This document shows positions 1 to 9,246 of a stretch of DNA of 42,569 nt, piece by piece. How positions within the stretch are numbered: position 1 is the stretch's first letter; each line of letters starts with the position of its first letter. A program made the translations under genes and the position numbers. Origin of the DNA: Micrococcales bacterium (GTDB lineage Bacteria > Actinomycetota > Actinomycetes > Actinomycetales > Cellulomonadaceae); NCBI GenBank assembly GCA_029267995.1, contig JAJUHG010000001.1:1-42569 (forward strand), read 5' to 3'. Under the pieces are notes generated by a model. The model searched no databases, was not told where the DNA came from, and saw nothing but the letters and a program-made list of their open reading frames with translations.

Positions 1-134
1 CGCGCTCGCTCGCGCGCTCGCGCGGGATCGAGCGACTCGTCGCGCGCCGGCGGGTCACGGGGGCACGCGGTCCCGCCGACGACGGCGCGCCGAGGCGTCC
101 CGTCGCGCACGTCGACCAGGCAGGCTGAGGTCGT

Positions 135-530
135 TCAGTCCTTGCGGTCGAGCAGCATGCACGTGAGGCGCGCGGTGCACACGCGGGCCCCGTCGTCGTC
201 GCGCACGACGATCTCGTAGGTCGCGGTCGACCTGCCCAGGTGCAGCGCGGTCGCGGTCCCGTGCACGGTGCCCTCGCGGGCGGCGCGGTGGTGCGAGGCG
301 TTGAGCTCGGTGCCGACCGCGATCCGCCCCGGCCCGGCGTGCGCCGCGGCGGCGTACGAGCCGAGCGTCTCGGCGAGGGCGGCGGACGCCCCGCCGTGCA
401 GCAGGCCGTACGGCTGGGTGTTGCCCCGCACGGGCATCGTGCCCGTCGCGCGCTCGGCGCTGACCTCCTCGATCGTGATCCCGAGGCGGTCCGCGAGACC
501 CTCGCCGGAAGGGGGCGTGCTGTCGGTCAT
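135..530 (-). CDS. PaaI/4HBT-family hotdog-fold thioesterase
   Basis: Last 131 codons of the 135..3230 minus ORF, starting at ATG 530. The sequence MTDSTPPSGE...YGLLHGGASAALAETLGS...ATYEIVVRDDDG carries the hotdog thioesterase signature. The rest of that ORF is antisense to polA. Confidence 0.75.
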   Translation of the reverse strand: MTDSTPPSGEGLADRLGITIEEVSAERATGTMPVRGNTQPYGLLHGGASAALAETLGSYAAAAHAGPGRIAVGTELNASHHRAAREGTVHGTATALHLGRSTATYEIVVRDDDGARVCTARLTCMLLDRKD

Positions 531-542
531 GGGCGCTAGGTT
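521..542 (+). promoter_or_regulatory. RecA-NDp/PafBC-type promoter motif upstream of polA (TGTCGGTC-N8-TAGGTT)
   Basis: Read directly: TGTCGGTC at 521-528, an 8 nt spacer, TAGGTT at 537-542, then 6 nt to GTG 549. The geometry is the same as at uvrB and uvrA. Confidence 0.45.
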
Positions 543-545
543 GGC

Positions 546-3215
546 ATGGTGAGCGATGCAAAGCGACCCCGACTCCTCCTCGTCGACGGCCACTCGATGG
601 CCTTCCGTGCGTTCTTCGCCCTCCCGGTCGAGAACTTCGCCACGAGCACGGGCGAGCCTACGAATGCCGTCTACGGCTTCACCTCGATGCTCGCGAACCT
701 CATCGCGAACGAGCAGCCCACGCACGTCGCGGTCGCATTCGACGCGGGGAGCCACACGTTCCGGACCGAGCAGCTGCCGAGCTACAAGGGCACGCGCGAC
801 AAGACGCCCGAGGAGTTCAAGGGCCAGGTCCCGCTCATCGAGGAGATCCTCGCGGCACTGCACATCCCCGCGCTGAGCAAGGACAACTTCGAGGCGGACG
901 ACATCCTCGCGACGCTCGCGCAGCAGGCTCGGGACGCGGGGATGGAGGTGCTCGTGTGCTCGGGGGACCGGGACACGTTCCAGCTCGTCGACGAGCAGGT
1001 CACCGTCCTGTACCCGGTCAAGGGCGTCTCGGAGCTCGCGCGCATGACGCCCGAGGCGGTCGAGGCGAAGTACGGCGTCCCGCCGCACCGGTACCCCGAC
1101 CTCGCGGCACTCGTCGGGGAGACGAGCGACAACCTCCCCGGCGTGCCGGGCGTCGGCCCCAAGACGGCGGCGAAGTGGATCGCCGCGTACGGGGGGCTCG
1201 AGGGCATCCTTGCGCGCGCCGAGGAGGTCCCGGGCAAGGCGGGGGAGAACCTGCGCGCACACCTCGACCAGGTCGCGCTCAACCGCCGGCTCAACCACCT
1301 GCTGCGCGACGTCGAGCTCCCGCTCGGCCCTGCCGAGCTCGAGGCGCGCCCGTGGGACCGCGACGCCCTCGAGGAGATCATGGACGTCCTGCAGTTCAGG
1401 ACGCTGCGTGAACGGCTCCTCGCGATGATGCCGGGCGAGGAGCCCGTGCCCGTGGCGTCCGGCGTGCGGCTCGAGACGCTCGACGAGGGTGGGCTGCGCG
1501 CGTGGCTCGAGGTGCGTGCCGGCCAGGAGCTCGGTCTCGACGTCCGGGGCTCGGGCGCCCCCGCGGCCCCCGACGCGTGGGGGGTCGCGATCGCGGACGC
1601 CGACGGGACCGCGGTCGCGCTCGACCTCACGGCGATCGGACCCGAGGACGACGCCGCGCTCGGCGAGTGGCTCGCCGACCCCGCGGCGCACAAGCTCGTG
1701 CATGGGGCGAAGGACGCCTGGCACGCGCTCGCCGGTCGCGGGGCCACGCTCGAGGGCGTCGTGTTCGACACCGAGCTCGCGGCGTACCTGTGCCTGCCCG
1801 ACCGGCGCGCGTACGGGATCGGCGACGTCGCCCAGACCTACCTGCGTCGCGAGCTCGGGAGCGACTCGGGGGACGGGCAGGGCGCGCTCGACCTCGACGG
1901 CGGGGGCGAGGAGCTCGCCGCAGCGGAGCGGGCCGCGGCGACGGTCGAGCTCACCGAGGTGCTGCGCGGTGAGCTCTCGGACCGCGAGGGCACCGCGTTG
2001 CTCACCGAGCTCGAGCTGCCGCTCGTGCCCGTCCTTGCGCGCATGGAGCGCACGGGCGTCGCGATCGACCTTGACTACCTGCGCGACCTCGACGCCCAGT
2101 TCGGGGCCCGGGTCGCCGCGGCCGCGCAGGATGCTTATGCGGTGATCGGTCGCGAGGTCAACCTCGGCTCGCCCAAGCAGCTCCAGGAGGTGCTGTTCGA
2201 CGAGCTCGGCATGCCCAGGACGAAGAAGATCAAGACGGGCTACACGACCGATGCCGCGGCGCTCGCCGAGCTGTTCGCGAAGACCGAGCACCCCTTCCTC
2301 GCGCACCTGCTCGCGCACCGCGACGCGATCAAGCTCCGCCAGACGGTCGAGGGTCTCATCCGCTCGGTCGCGGACGACGGCCGCATCCACACGACCTTCC
2401 GGCAGACGGTCGCGGCGACGGGGCGCCTGTCGTCGATCGACCCGAACCTGCAGAACATCCCGATCCGCACGGCGGAGGGGCGTCTCGTGCGCAAGGCCTT
2501 CGTCGTGGGGGAAGGGTTCGAGACCCTGCTCACGGCCGACTACTCCCAGATCGAGATGCGGATCATGGCGCACCTGTCGGGCGACGAGGGACTCATCGAG
2601 GCGTTCCGGTCGGGGGAGGACCTGCACCGTTTCGTCGGCTCGCGCGTGTTCGAGGTCGCGCCCGAGGACGTCACGCCCGAGATGCGCGCCAAGATCAAGG
2701 CCATGAGCTACGGCCTTGCCTACGGTCTGAGCTCGTTCGGGTTGTCGAAGCAGCTCGACATCGACATCTCCGAGGCGAACCGCCTCATGGACGAGTACTT
2801 CGAGCGGTTCGGCGGCGTGCGCGACTACCTGCGACGCGTCGTCGAGGAGGCACGTGTCACGGGCTACACCGCGACGATCTTTGGGCGTCGCCGTTACCTG
2901 CCCGACCTCACGAGCGACAACCGGCAGCGGCGCGAGCTCGCGGAGCGGGTCGCCCTCAACGCCCCGATCCAGGGCTCGGCCGCCGACCTCATCAAGCGCG
3001 CGATGCTCGGCGTCGACCGTGAGCTCGCGGCCGCGGGCCTCTCCTCGCGCATGCTCCTGCAGGTGCACGACGAACTCGTCGTCGAGGTCGCGGCCGGTGA
3101 GGCCGAGCAGGTCGAGCAGATCCTGCGCGAGCAGATGGGCTCGGCCGCCGAGCTGTCCGTGCCGCTCGACGTGTCGGTCGGGGTGGGACGCAGCTGGCAC
3201 GACGCGGGGCACTGA
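546..3215 (+). CDS. polA: DNA polymerase I
   Basis: 889 aa ORF. It has an N-terminal 5'-3' exonuclease (LLLVDGHSMAFRAFFALP) and C-terminal family A polymerase motifs (DYSQIEMRIMAH, QVHDELV). The start may be GTG 549 if the transcript is leaderless. Confidence 0.97.
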   Translation: MVSDAKRPRLLLVDGHSMAFRAFFALPVENFATSTGEPTNAVYGFTSMLANLIANEQPTHVAVAFDAGSHTFRTEQLPSYKGTRDKTPEEFKGQVPLIEEILAALHIPALSKDNFEADDILATLAQQARDAGMEVLVCSGDRDTFQLVDEQVTVLYPVKGVSELARMTPEAVEAKYGVPPHRYPDLAALVGETSDNLPGVPGVGPKTAAKWIAAYGGLEGILARAEEVPGKAGENLRAHLDQVALNRRLNHLLRDVELPLGPAELEARPWDRDALEEIMDVLQFRTLRERLLAMMPGEEPVPVASGVRLETLDEGGLRAWLEVRAGQELGLDVRGSGAPAAPDAWGVAIADADGTAVALDLTAIGPEDDAALGEWLADPAAHKLVHGAKDAWHALAGRGATLEGVVFDTELAAYLCLPDRRAYGIGDVAQTYLRRELGSDSGDGQGALDLDGGGEELAAAERAAATVELTEVLRGELSDREGTALLTELELPLVPVLARMERTGVAIDLDYLRDLDAQFGARVAAAAQDAYAVIGREVNLGSPKQLQEVLFDELGMPRTKKIKTGYTTDAAALAELFAKTEHPFLAHLLAHRDAIKLRQTVEGLIRSVADDGRIHTTFRQTVAATGRLSSIDPNLQNIPIRTAEGRLVRKAFVVGEGFETLLTADYSQIEMRIMAHLSGDEGLIEAFRSGEDLHRFVGSRVFEVAPEDVTPEMRAKIKAMSYGLAYGLSSFGLSKQLDIDISEANRLMDEYFERFGGVRDYLRRVVEEARVTGYTATIFGRRRYLPDLTSDNRQRRELAERVALNAPIQGSAADLIKRAMLGVDRELAAAGLSSRMLLQVHDELVVEVAAGEAEQVEQILREQMGSAAELSVPLDVSVGVGRSWHDAGH

Positions 3216-3234
3216 CCCGGGTGCGCGCAACGGC

Positions 3235-4650
3235 CTAGGAGTCGAACCCCATGCCTATCGCGTCGAGGGCGCGCAGGAACGGCCCGCGCCGTCCCTCCCG
3301 GTGGTCCGCACGGTCGAGGCCGCGGCGCGTGAGGTTGATCCCGAGGCTCGCGAAGGGCTCGGGCGGGAAGGGGATCGGCAGGGTGTGCAGCATGCGCAGC
3401 CTGGTCCGTTCGGTCTCGAGGCCGTCGACCGTGTCGAGCGCGGCGAGCGCCATGAAGCGCGAGGCGCCCACGCCCAGGCCCGTGAACCCCGCGACGTGCG
3501 CGACGCGCCCGCCGTGCGCTTTCGCGAGGAAGGCGCAGAAGCGGGTCGAGGTGTCGATCACGCCCGACCACCGGTGCGAGAAGCGCACCTCCTCGAGCTG
3601 CGGGAAGGTCGCGAGGAAGTGCGAGGCGAGCCGCGCGAACGTCTCGGGCCGGTCGTAGCGCGAGGGGTCGATCGCCCCGCCGCGGTGGTAGATCGCGTCG
3701 TACCCGCCCCACAGGATGCGTCCGTCGGCGGTGGGGCGCGCGTAGTGGAACTGGTTGGCCATGTCGGCGAGCCCTTCGCCGCCCGCCCACCCGATCGCGG
3801 CGCGCTGCTCGGTGGTGAGCGGTTCGGTCATGAGCACGTAGTCGAAGACGGGCACGGTGTGCAGGCGGAAGCGGCGCAGGAGCGCAGGGAAGGCGTTCGT
3901 CGCGAGGACGACCCGTGCGGCCCGGACGTTACCGCCGTCGGTGCGCACGACGAGCTCGTCGCGGCTCGCCTCGAGGCTGCGTGCGGGGCTGTCCTCGAAG
4001 ATCTCGACGCCGAGCTCGGACGCTGCGGCGGCGAGGCCCTCTGCGAGGCGTGCGGGGTGCACGAGCGCGGTCTCCTCGGCGTCGTGGACGCCTGCGAGGA
4101 AGAGCGGCGAGTCGATGCGTGCGCGCACGGCCGCGGTGTCGAGGAAGCCCTCGCTGCCCTCGAGCTCGGCCACCTGGTAGGGCTCGACGGCGACCGTGAG
4201 GGAGCCCGTGCGGCGCAGCTGGGCGTCGACGCCGAGCCGTTCGACGTCCGCCTCGAGCTCGTCGAGGTTGCGCAGGCCCAGCTCGTGGAGCGTGTCGTAC
4301 TCCTCGGGCCAGCGGGAGCGACCGTTCGCCTCGCCGTGCGTGAGCGAGGCCTCGCAGAAGCCTCCGTTGCGACCCGAGGCGGCCCATCCGGTGCGCCGGG
4401 CCTCGAGCACGACGACCCGTCTGCCGGGGTCGCGCAGCCGGGCGTGGATCGCGGCCCACAGCCCCGTGTAGCCCCCGCCGACGACGAGCAGGTCCGTGCT
4501 CGTCCCGCCGCGCAGCGGTGCGCGTGCGGGGCGGCGGGGGACGTCCTCGAGCCAGAACGGCGCGGGGCGGCTGCTCGCGAGGGACCGGCTCACGAGCCGG
4601 GGGTCGGGGGCGTGGCGCTCGTACGCCGTCGGACCCGTCGTGCTGGCCAT
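3235..4650 (-). CDS. FAD-dependent oxidoreductase (DAO family)
   Basis: 471 aa ORF with a dinucleotide-binding motif (DLLVVGGGYTGLWAA) and DAO-like length and layout. Confidence 0.8.
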   Translation of the reverse strand: MASTTGPTAYERHAPDPRLVSRSLASSRPAPFWLEDVPRRPARAPLRGGTSTDLLVVGGGYTGLWAAIHARLRDPGRRVVVLEARRTGWAASGRNGGFCEASLTHGEANGRSRWPEEYDTLHELGLRNLDELEADVERLGVDAQLRRTGSLTVAVEPYQVAELEGSEGFLDTAAVRARIDSPLFLAGVHDAEETALVHPARLAEGLAAAASELGVEIFEDSPARSLEASRDELVVRTDGGNVRAARVVLATNAFPALLRRFRLHTVPVFDYVLMTEPLTTEQRAAIGWAGGEGLADMANQFHYARPTADGRILWGGYDAIYHRGGAIDPSRYDRPETFARLASHFLATFPQLEEVRFSHRWSGVIDTSTRFCAFLAKAHGGRVAHVAGFTGLGVGASRFMALAALDTVDGLETERTRLRMLHTLPIPFPPEPFASLGINLTRRGLDRADHREGRRGPFLRALDAIGMGFDS

Positions 4651-4681
4651 GCCTCATCGTGCCCGTCCGGGGCGGGCCGTG

Positions 4682-5482
4682 TCAGGCGAGTCGGGTCACG
4701 AACACCGCGGTCCCCGGGACGAACCTCCCGCGCACGGGCCCCCAGCCGCCCCACACGCGTTCGTGCCCCTCGGGCCACTCGGGCTCGACGAGGTCCTCGA
4801 GCACGAGACCCCCGGCGACGAGGGCCCGCACGTGGTCGCCGAGCGTGCGGTGGTACTCCGCGTAGGCGGGCTCGCCATGCTCGTCGGTCTCGACGTAGGG
4901 ACGACGGTCGAAGTACGGGCGGAGCACCGTCATGCCCTCGGCCGAGGGGTCGTCGGGGAACATCCAGCGCACGGGGTGGGTCACGGAGAACACCCACCGC
5001 CCGCCCGGGCGCAGGACGCGCGCGACCTCGCGGTGCACCTGCTCGGGGTCCGGGACGAAGGGCAGGGCGCCGAAGGACGTGAAGGCGACGTCGAAGACGC
5101 CGTCGGCGAAAGGGAGCGCTCGGGCGTCCGCGGCGAGCAGCGGGACATGCGGCTCGTGCTCCCGGCCGGCAGCGAGCATCGCGGGGGCGACGTCGGTCGC
5201 GACGACGTGCGCTCCCTGCGCGGCGACCCAGCGCGAGCACGGGGCTGAGCCCGCGCCGACCTCGAGCACCCGTCGGCCCTCGAGCGGGCCGAGCAGCCGC
5301 GCCTCGGACTCGCGCAGCCCCTCGGGACCCCACACGAGGTCGGCCACGCCGAGGAACTGCCCGTGCTCGGCGAGGTACTCCTGGGCGTTCGCGTCCCACC
5401 ACGTGCGGCTCGCGCGCGCTCCCGCATCGTCGGGCACGGCGTGGAAGCCCGCCCAGCGGGGCGGGAGCGGCGTGGGGGTCAC
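4682..5482 (-). CDS. Class I SAM-dependent methyltransferase
   Basis: C-terminal part of the 4682..6109 minus ORF. It has motif I (VLEVGAGSA) and LRPGGRWVF. GTG 5482 was chosen as the start; GTG 5437 is an alternative. The upstream part of the ORF is antisense to pfkA. Confidence 0.72.
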   Translation of the reverse strand: MTPTPLPPRWAGFHAVPDDAGARASRTWWDANAQEYLAEHGQFLGVADLVWGPEGLRESEARLLGPLEGRRVLEVGAGSAPCSRWVAAQGAHVVATDVAPAMLAAGREHEPHVPLLAADARALPFADGVFDVAFTSFGALPFVPDPEQVHREVARVLRPGGRWVFSVTHPVRWMFPDDPSAEGMTVLRPYFDRRPYVETDEHGEPAYAEYHRTLGDHVRALVAGGLVLEDLVEPEWPEGHERVWGGWGPVRGRFVPGTAVFVTRLA

Positions 5483-5606
5483 GGGCCCAGTCTGCCCCGC
5501 GCCCACGGCCGGGACGAACGGGCCGCAGGGCTTGGTACGCGAGTCGATAGGCTCGGGTGCGGCGCGTCGGTGCGCCGTCCATCCCCTCGTCCAAGGAGCT
5601 CTACGC

Positions 5607-6629
5607 GTGCGAATCGGTCTGCTCACCGGCGGTGGCGACGTCCCCGGCCTCAACGCGGCCATCAGGGCCGTCGTCAAGCACGGGATGTCGTACGGGCACA
5701 CGATCGTCGGATTCCGCAACGGCTGGCGCGGCGTGGTCGAGGGTGACGTGCACGACCTGACCCGCTCGGACGTGCGCAACGTCCTGCCGCTCGGCGGGAC
5801 GATGCTCGGCACGGCGCGGTTCCACCCGCACCGCACCGAGGGCGGGCTCGAGGCGGTCTGCTCGACGCTCGAGGCGGAGAAGGTCGAGGCCCTCGTATGC
5901 ATCGGCGGGGACGGCACGATGCACGCGGCGCACAAGGTCGCCGAGACCGGGGTGCGGATCGTCGGCATCCCCAAGACGATCGACAACGACGTGTGGGGGA
6001 CCGACCGCTCGATCGGCTTCGACACGGCCGTGTCGGTCGCGACCGAGGCGGTCGACCGCATCCACACGACCGCCGAGTCGCACAACCGGGTCATGATCGT
6101 CGAGGTCATGGGCCGTCACGCGGGGTGGATCGCGGTGACCGCGGGCATCGCGGGCGGGGCCGAGATCGTCCTGACCCCTGAGGAGCCCTTCGACATCGAG
6201 CAGGTCGTCAAGCGACTCCAGCACCGCCACCGCGCGCACGCCTCGTTCTCTATCGTCGTCGTCGCCGAGGGCGCCGTGCCGGCCGAGGGCACCGCGATGG
6301 AGTACACGACGCAGGTCGGCAAGTTCGGCGAGATCATCGCGGGCGCGATCGGTGAGCGCGTCAAGCGTGAGATCGCCGAGCGCACGGGTTTCGACACGCG
6401 CGTCACGGTCCTGGGGCACGTCCAGCGTGGCGGGACGCCGACCGCGGCCGACCGCATCCTCGGCTCACGCTTCGGGGTCGCTGCCGTCGACGCGCTGAGC
6501 GAGGGACGCAGCGCCGTCATGACGGCGGTGCGCGGCGAGGAGGTCGTGCTCGTGCCGATGGCCGAGCTCGCGGGCAAGACCAAGCCCGTCCCGCCCGACC
6601 TGCTGCGCATCGCGAACGTGCTCGTGTGA
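5607..6629 (+). CDS. pfkA: 6-phosphofructokinase
   Basis: VRIGLLTGGGDVPGLNAAIRAVV..., TIDND and MGR motifs. GTG 5607 is preceded by AAGGAG at 5593-5598. Confidence 0.9.
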   Translation: MRIGLLTGGGDVPGLNAAIRAVVKHGMSYGHTIVGFRNGWRGVVEGDVHDLTRSDVRNVLPLGGTMLGTARFHPHRTEGGLEAVCSTLEAEKVEALVCIGGDGTMHAAHKVAETGVRIVGIPKTIDNDVWGTDRSIGFDTAVSVATEAVDRIHTTAESHNRVMIVEVMGRHAGWIAVTAGIAGGAEIVLTPEEPFDIEQVVKRLQHRHRAHASFSIVVVAEGAVPAEGTAMEYTTQVGKFGEIIAGAIGERVKREIAERTGFDTRVTVLGHVQRGGTPTAADRILGSRFGVAAVDALSEGRSAVMTAVRGEEVVLVPMAELAGKTKPVPPDLLRIANVLV

Positions 6630-6644
6630 GGTGCTCGTCCCGCT

Positions 6645-6673
6645 TTGCCGTGCTCGGGCGTGCGCGATAGGAT
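6645..6673 (+). promoter_or_regulatory. Sigma-70-like promoter for rpsA (-35 TTGCCG, 17 nt spacer, -10 TAGGAT)
   Basis: Hexamers read at 6645-6650 and 6668-6673. This would give a leader of about 100 nt before rpsA. Confidence 0.4.
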
Positions 6674-6781
6674 GAACGACGGCCCGGCGTGCCTTCGCGC
6701 GCTCTCGCGCGTCCTGACGTGTGCGGGTCGAAGCTCAGCCCCTGTCCGCACTACTCCCTGTCCATCGGAGCACATTCCTCA

Positions 6782-8248
6782 ATGACCATCTCTACCCCCG
6801 CGAAGCCCGCAGCCCCGCAGGTCGCGGTCAACGACATCGGCACGGCTGAGGACTTCCTCGCCGCCGTCGACGAGACGATCAAGTACTTCAACGACGGCGA
6901 CATCGTCGAGGGCACCATCGTCAAGGTGGACCGTGACGAGGTCCTCCTCGACATCGGCTACAAGACCGAGGGCGTCATCCCCTCGCGCGAGCTGTCGATC
7001 AAGCACGACGTCGACCCCGACGAGGTGGTCTCGGTCGGCGACACGGTCGAGGCTCTCGTCCTCCAGAAGGAGGACAAGGAAGGCCGCCTGATCCTGTCGA
7101 AGAAGCGGGCGCAGTACGAGCGCGCGTGGGGCACGATCGAGAAGATCAAGGAGGAGGACGGCGTCGTCACCGGCACCGTCATCGAGGTCGTCAAGGGTGG
7201 CCTCATCCTCGACATCGGTCTGCGCGGCTTCCTGCCCGCCTCGCTCGTCGAGATGCGTCGCGTCCGCGACCTCCAGCCGTACGTCGGCAAGGAGATCGAG
7301 GCGAAGATCATCGAGCTCGACAAGAACCGCAACAACGTGGTCCTCTCGCGCCGCGCGTGGCTCGAGCAGACGCAGTCCGAGGTCCGCACGACCTTCCTGC
7401 AGACGCTCGCCAAGGGCCAGGTCCGCCCGGGTGTCGTGTCGTCGATCGTCAACTTCGGTGCCTTCGTGGACCTCGGCGGTGTGGACGGCCTCGTTCACGT
7501 CTCCGAGCTGTCGTGGAAGCACATCGAGCACCCGAGCGAGGTCGTCGAGGTCGGCCAGGAGGTCAACGTCGAGGTGCTCGACGTCGACTTCGACCGCGAG
7601 CGCGTCTCCCTGTCGCTCAAGGCGACGCAGGAGGACCCGTGGCAGGCCTTTGCGCGGACCCACGCGATCGGCCAGGTCGTGCCGGGCAAGGTCACCAAGC
7701 TCGTCCCCTTCGGTGCGTTCGTGCGCGTCGAGGACGGCATCGAGGGCCTCGTGCACATCTCCGAGCTCGCCGTGCGCCACGTCGAGATCCCCGAGCAGGT
7801 CGTGCAGGTCGGCGACGACGTCTTCGTCAAGGTCATCGACATCGACCTCGAGCGTCGCCGCATCTCGCTCTCGCTCAAGCAGGCGAACGAGGGTGTCGAC
7901 CTGAGCTCGGACGAGTTCGACCCCGCGCTCTACGGCATGGCTGCCGAGTACGACGAGCACGGCAACTACACCTACCCCGAGGGCTTCGACCCCGAGACGA
8001 ACGAGTGGCTCGAGGGCTACGAGGCGCAGCGCGAGGCGTGGGAGGCCGCGTACGCGGAGGCTCACTCCCGCTGGGAGGCGCACCGCAAGCAGGTCGCCGA
8101 GGCCGCCAAGGCCGACGCCGCGGCTGCCCAGGGGGGCGACGACGTCCCCGCGACGTACTCCTCGACGGTGTCCGAGACCCCGGCCGAGGGCACGCTCGCC
8201 TCGGACGAGGCGCTCGCCGCGCTTCGCGAGAAGCTCACCGGCAACTGA
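6782..8248 (+). CDS. rpsA: 30S ribosomal protein S1
   Basis: MTISTPAKP... followed by four S1 domains (GTIVKVDRDEVLLDIG, GTVIEVVKGGLILDIG, GVVSSIVNFGAFVDLG, GKVTKLVPFGAFVRV). ATG 6782 lies in frame within the 6689..8248 ORF. Confidence 0.95.
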   Translation: MTISTPAKPAAPQVAVNDIGTAEDFLAAVDETIKYFNDGDIVEGTIVKVDRDEVLLDIGYKTEGVIPSRELSIKHDVDPDEVVSVGDTVEALVLQKEDKEGRLILSKKRAQYERAWGTIEKIKEEDGVVTGTVIEVVKGGLILDIGLRGFLPASLVEMRRVRDLQPYVGKEIEAKIIELDKNRNNVVLSRRAWLEQTQSEVRTTFLQTLAKGQVRPGVVSSIVNFGAFVDLGGVDGLVHVSELSWKHIEHPSEVVEVGQEVNVEVLDVDFDRERVSLSLKATQEDPWQAFARTHAIGQVVPGKVTKLVPFGAFVRVEDGIEGLVHISELAVRHVEIPEQVVQVGDDVFVKVIDIDLERRRISLSLKQANEGVDLSSDEFDPALYGMAAEYDEHGNYTYPEGFDPETNEWLEGYEAQREAWEAAYAEAHSRWEAHRKQVAEAAKADAAAAQGGDDVPATYSSTVSETPAEGTLASDEALAALREKLTGN

Positions 8249-8262
8249 GCCGAACGGCTGTC

Positions 8263-8301
8263 GCCGAGGGCCGGACCACCGCGAGGTGGCCGGCCCTCGG
8301 C
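8263..8301 (+). terminator. Stem-loop terminator after rpsA
   Basis: GCCGAGGGCCGG-A-CCACC / GCGA loop / GGTGG-CCGGCCCTCGGC, about 17 bp of stem, followed by CTTTCT. Confidence 0.6.
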
Positions 8302-8351
8302 CTTTCTGGGCGGGTCGGGGACCGGACCAGGTCCCGGGCTAGGGTGTTTTC

Positions 8352-9205
8352 GTGACTACCTCTACGCGCGCCCCGCGCGCTCGCGTCCAGCACGAGCTCC
8401 GGCTGCGGACCGCCACGGTCCACGCCGTGACCGACCTGACCGCGCACCTGCGCCGGGTGACCCTGAGCGGCCCCGAGCTCGCGGGCTTCCCCGCGCAGGG
8501 CCCCACGGACCACGTCAAGCTCTTCCTGCCCGACCCCGAGACGGGCCTCGTCCACCTGCCCGACGGCGCGGGCGGGACCCGCCCCGAGGGTGGCCAGACC
8601 GTGCGCCGGGACATGACGCCGCGCGCGTTCCGGCCCGAGGGGCCCTCGGGCCATCCCGAGCTCGACCTCGACGTCGTCGTGCACGAGCAGGACGAGACCG
8701 AGCCGGGCCGCTCGCGGTGTGGATCGAGAACGTGCGCCCGGGCGACCAGGCCTCGTTCATCGGCCCTCGCGGGTCGAAGCTCGTTCCCGAGGGCTACGCG
8801 CGCGCGGTGCTGCTCGCGGACGAGACGGCGCTGCCCTCGGTCGCGCGCTGGCTCGAGATGCTCGCCCCCGAGGTCGCCGTGACGGTCCTCGTCGAGGTCC
8901 AGGGGCCGGGTGAGGAGTCGTACCTCGAAGGACTGCGCCCCGGTGCCGAGCTACAGTGGCTCGCTCGCGGTGATGCCGCACCCGGTACCTCGGACGTCCT
9001 GGACCGGGCCGTGCGCGAGCTCGAGATTGACGCCGACACCTTCGTGTGGGCGGGCGGGGAGGCCACGACGCTCGTGCCGGTGCGCCGCTGGCTGCGCCGT
9101 GAGCTCGCCCTGCCTGCTGCCTCGGTCGAGGTCCAGGGTTACTGGCGGCGCGGGGTGCGCGACTTCGACCACCACACCCCGCTCGACCCGAGCGACCCCG
9201 ACTGA
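8352..9205 (+). pseudogene. Siderophore-interacting protein (FAD-binding SIP family), split by a -1 frame change near 8700-8708
   Basis: The N-terminal FAD_binding_9-like part is in the frame of 8352 (...ELDLDVVVHEQDETE). The C-terminal SIP part is in the frame of 8717 (GPLAVWIENVRPGDQASFIGPRGS...YWRRG). The join sits in the run GAGCCGGGCCG. Confidence 0.7.
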
Positions 9206-9246
9206 CCCGGGGCGCGCCGCGTGCCCCGGTCCGGCAGGATGGACGC

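Noticed and set aside
1-134. Possible partial gene at the left edge. A plus-frame ORF ends at TGA 126-128, or a minus-strand gene starts at GTG (complement of 108-110).
   Set aside because: Both readings use the same triplet phase and have equally high GC at codon positions 1 and 3. At roughly 40 codons with no recognisable motif, I cannot choose a strand or a product.
531-3230. Upstream 900 codons of the 1031 aa minus-strand ORF (135..3230) running antisense to polA.
   Set aside because: The translation is Arg/Ala/Leu/Asp-rich with no recognisable domains, and it lies exactly opposite a confidently identified polA. This is a typical stop-codon-poor antisense frame in high-GC DNA. Only its last 131 codons (the thioesterase) are real.
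5489-5494. Shared CAGACT hexamer 6-7 nt upstream of the start codons of the methyltransferase (complement of 5489-5494) and the MBL-fold gene (complement of 15029-15034).
   Set aside because: There are only two instances and the first position departs from TANNNT. The MBL copy also overlaps a GGAG that could be an SD. The evidence is insufficient to call a motif.
8336-8365. Possible IdeR/DtxR iron box upstream of the siderophore-interacting protein gene.
   Set aside because: TAGG and CCT elements are present, but the spacing does not fit the 19 bp TTAGGTTAGGCTAACCTAA consensus. There is no convincing alignment.
8717-9205. Treating 8352..8882 and 8717..9205 as two genuine separate genes.
   Set aside because: The two halves correspond to the N- and C-terminal parts of a single SIP-family protein. 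The first ORF ends in a nonsense R/S/C-rich tail, and the second lacks an independent SD. A single-base frameshift is the simpler explanation.
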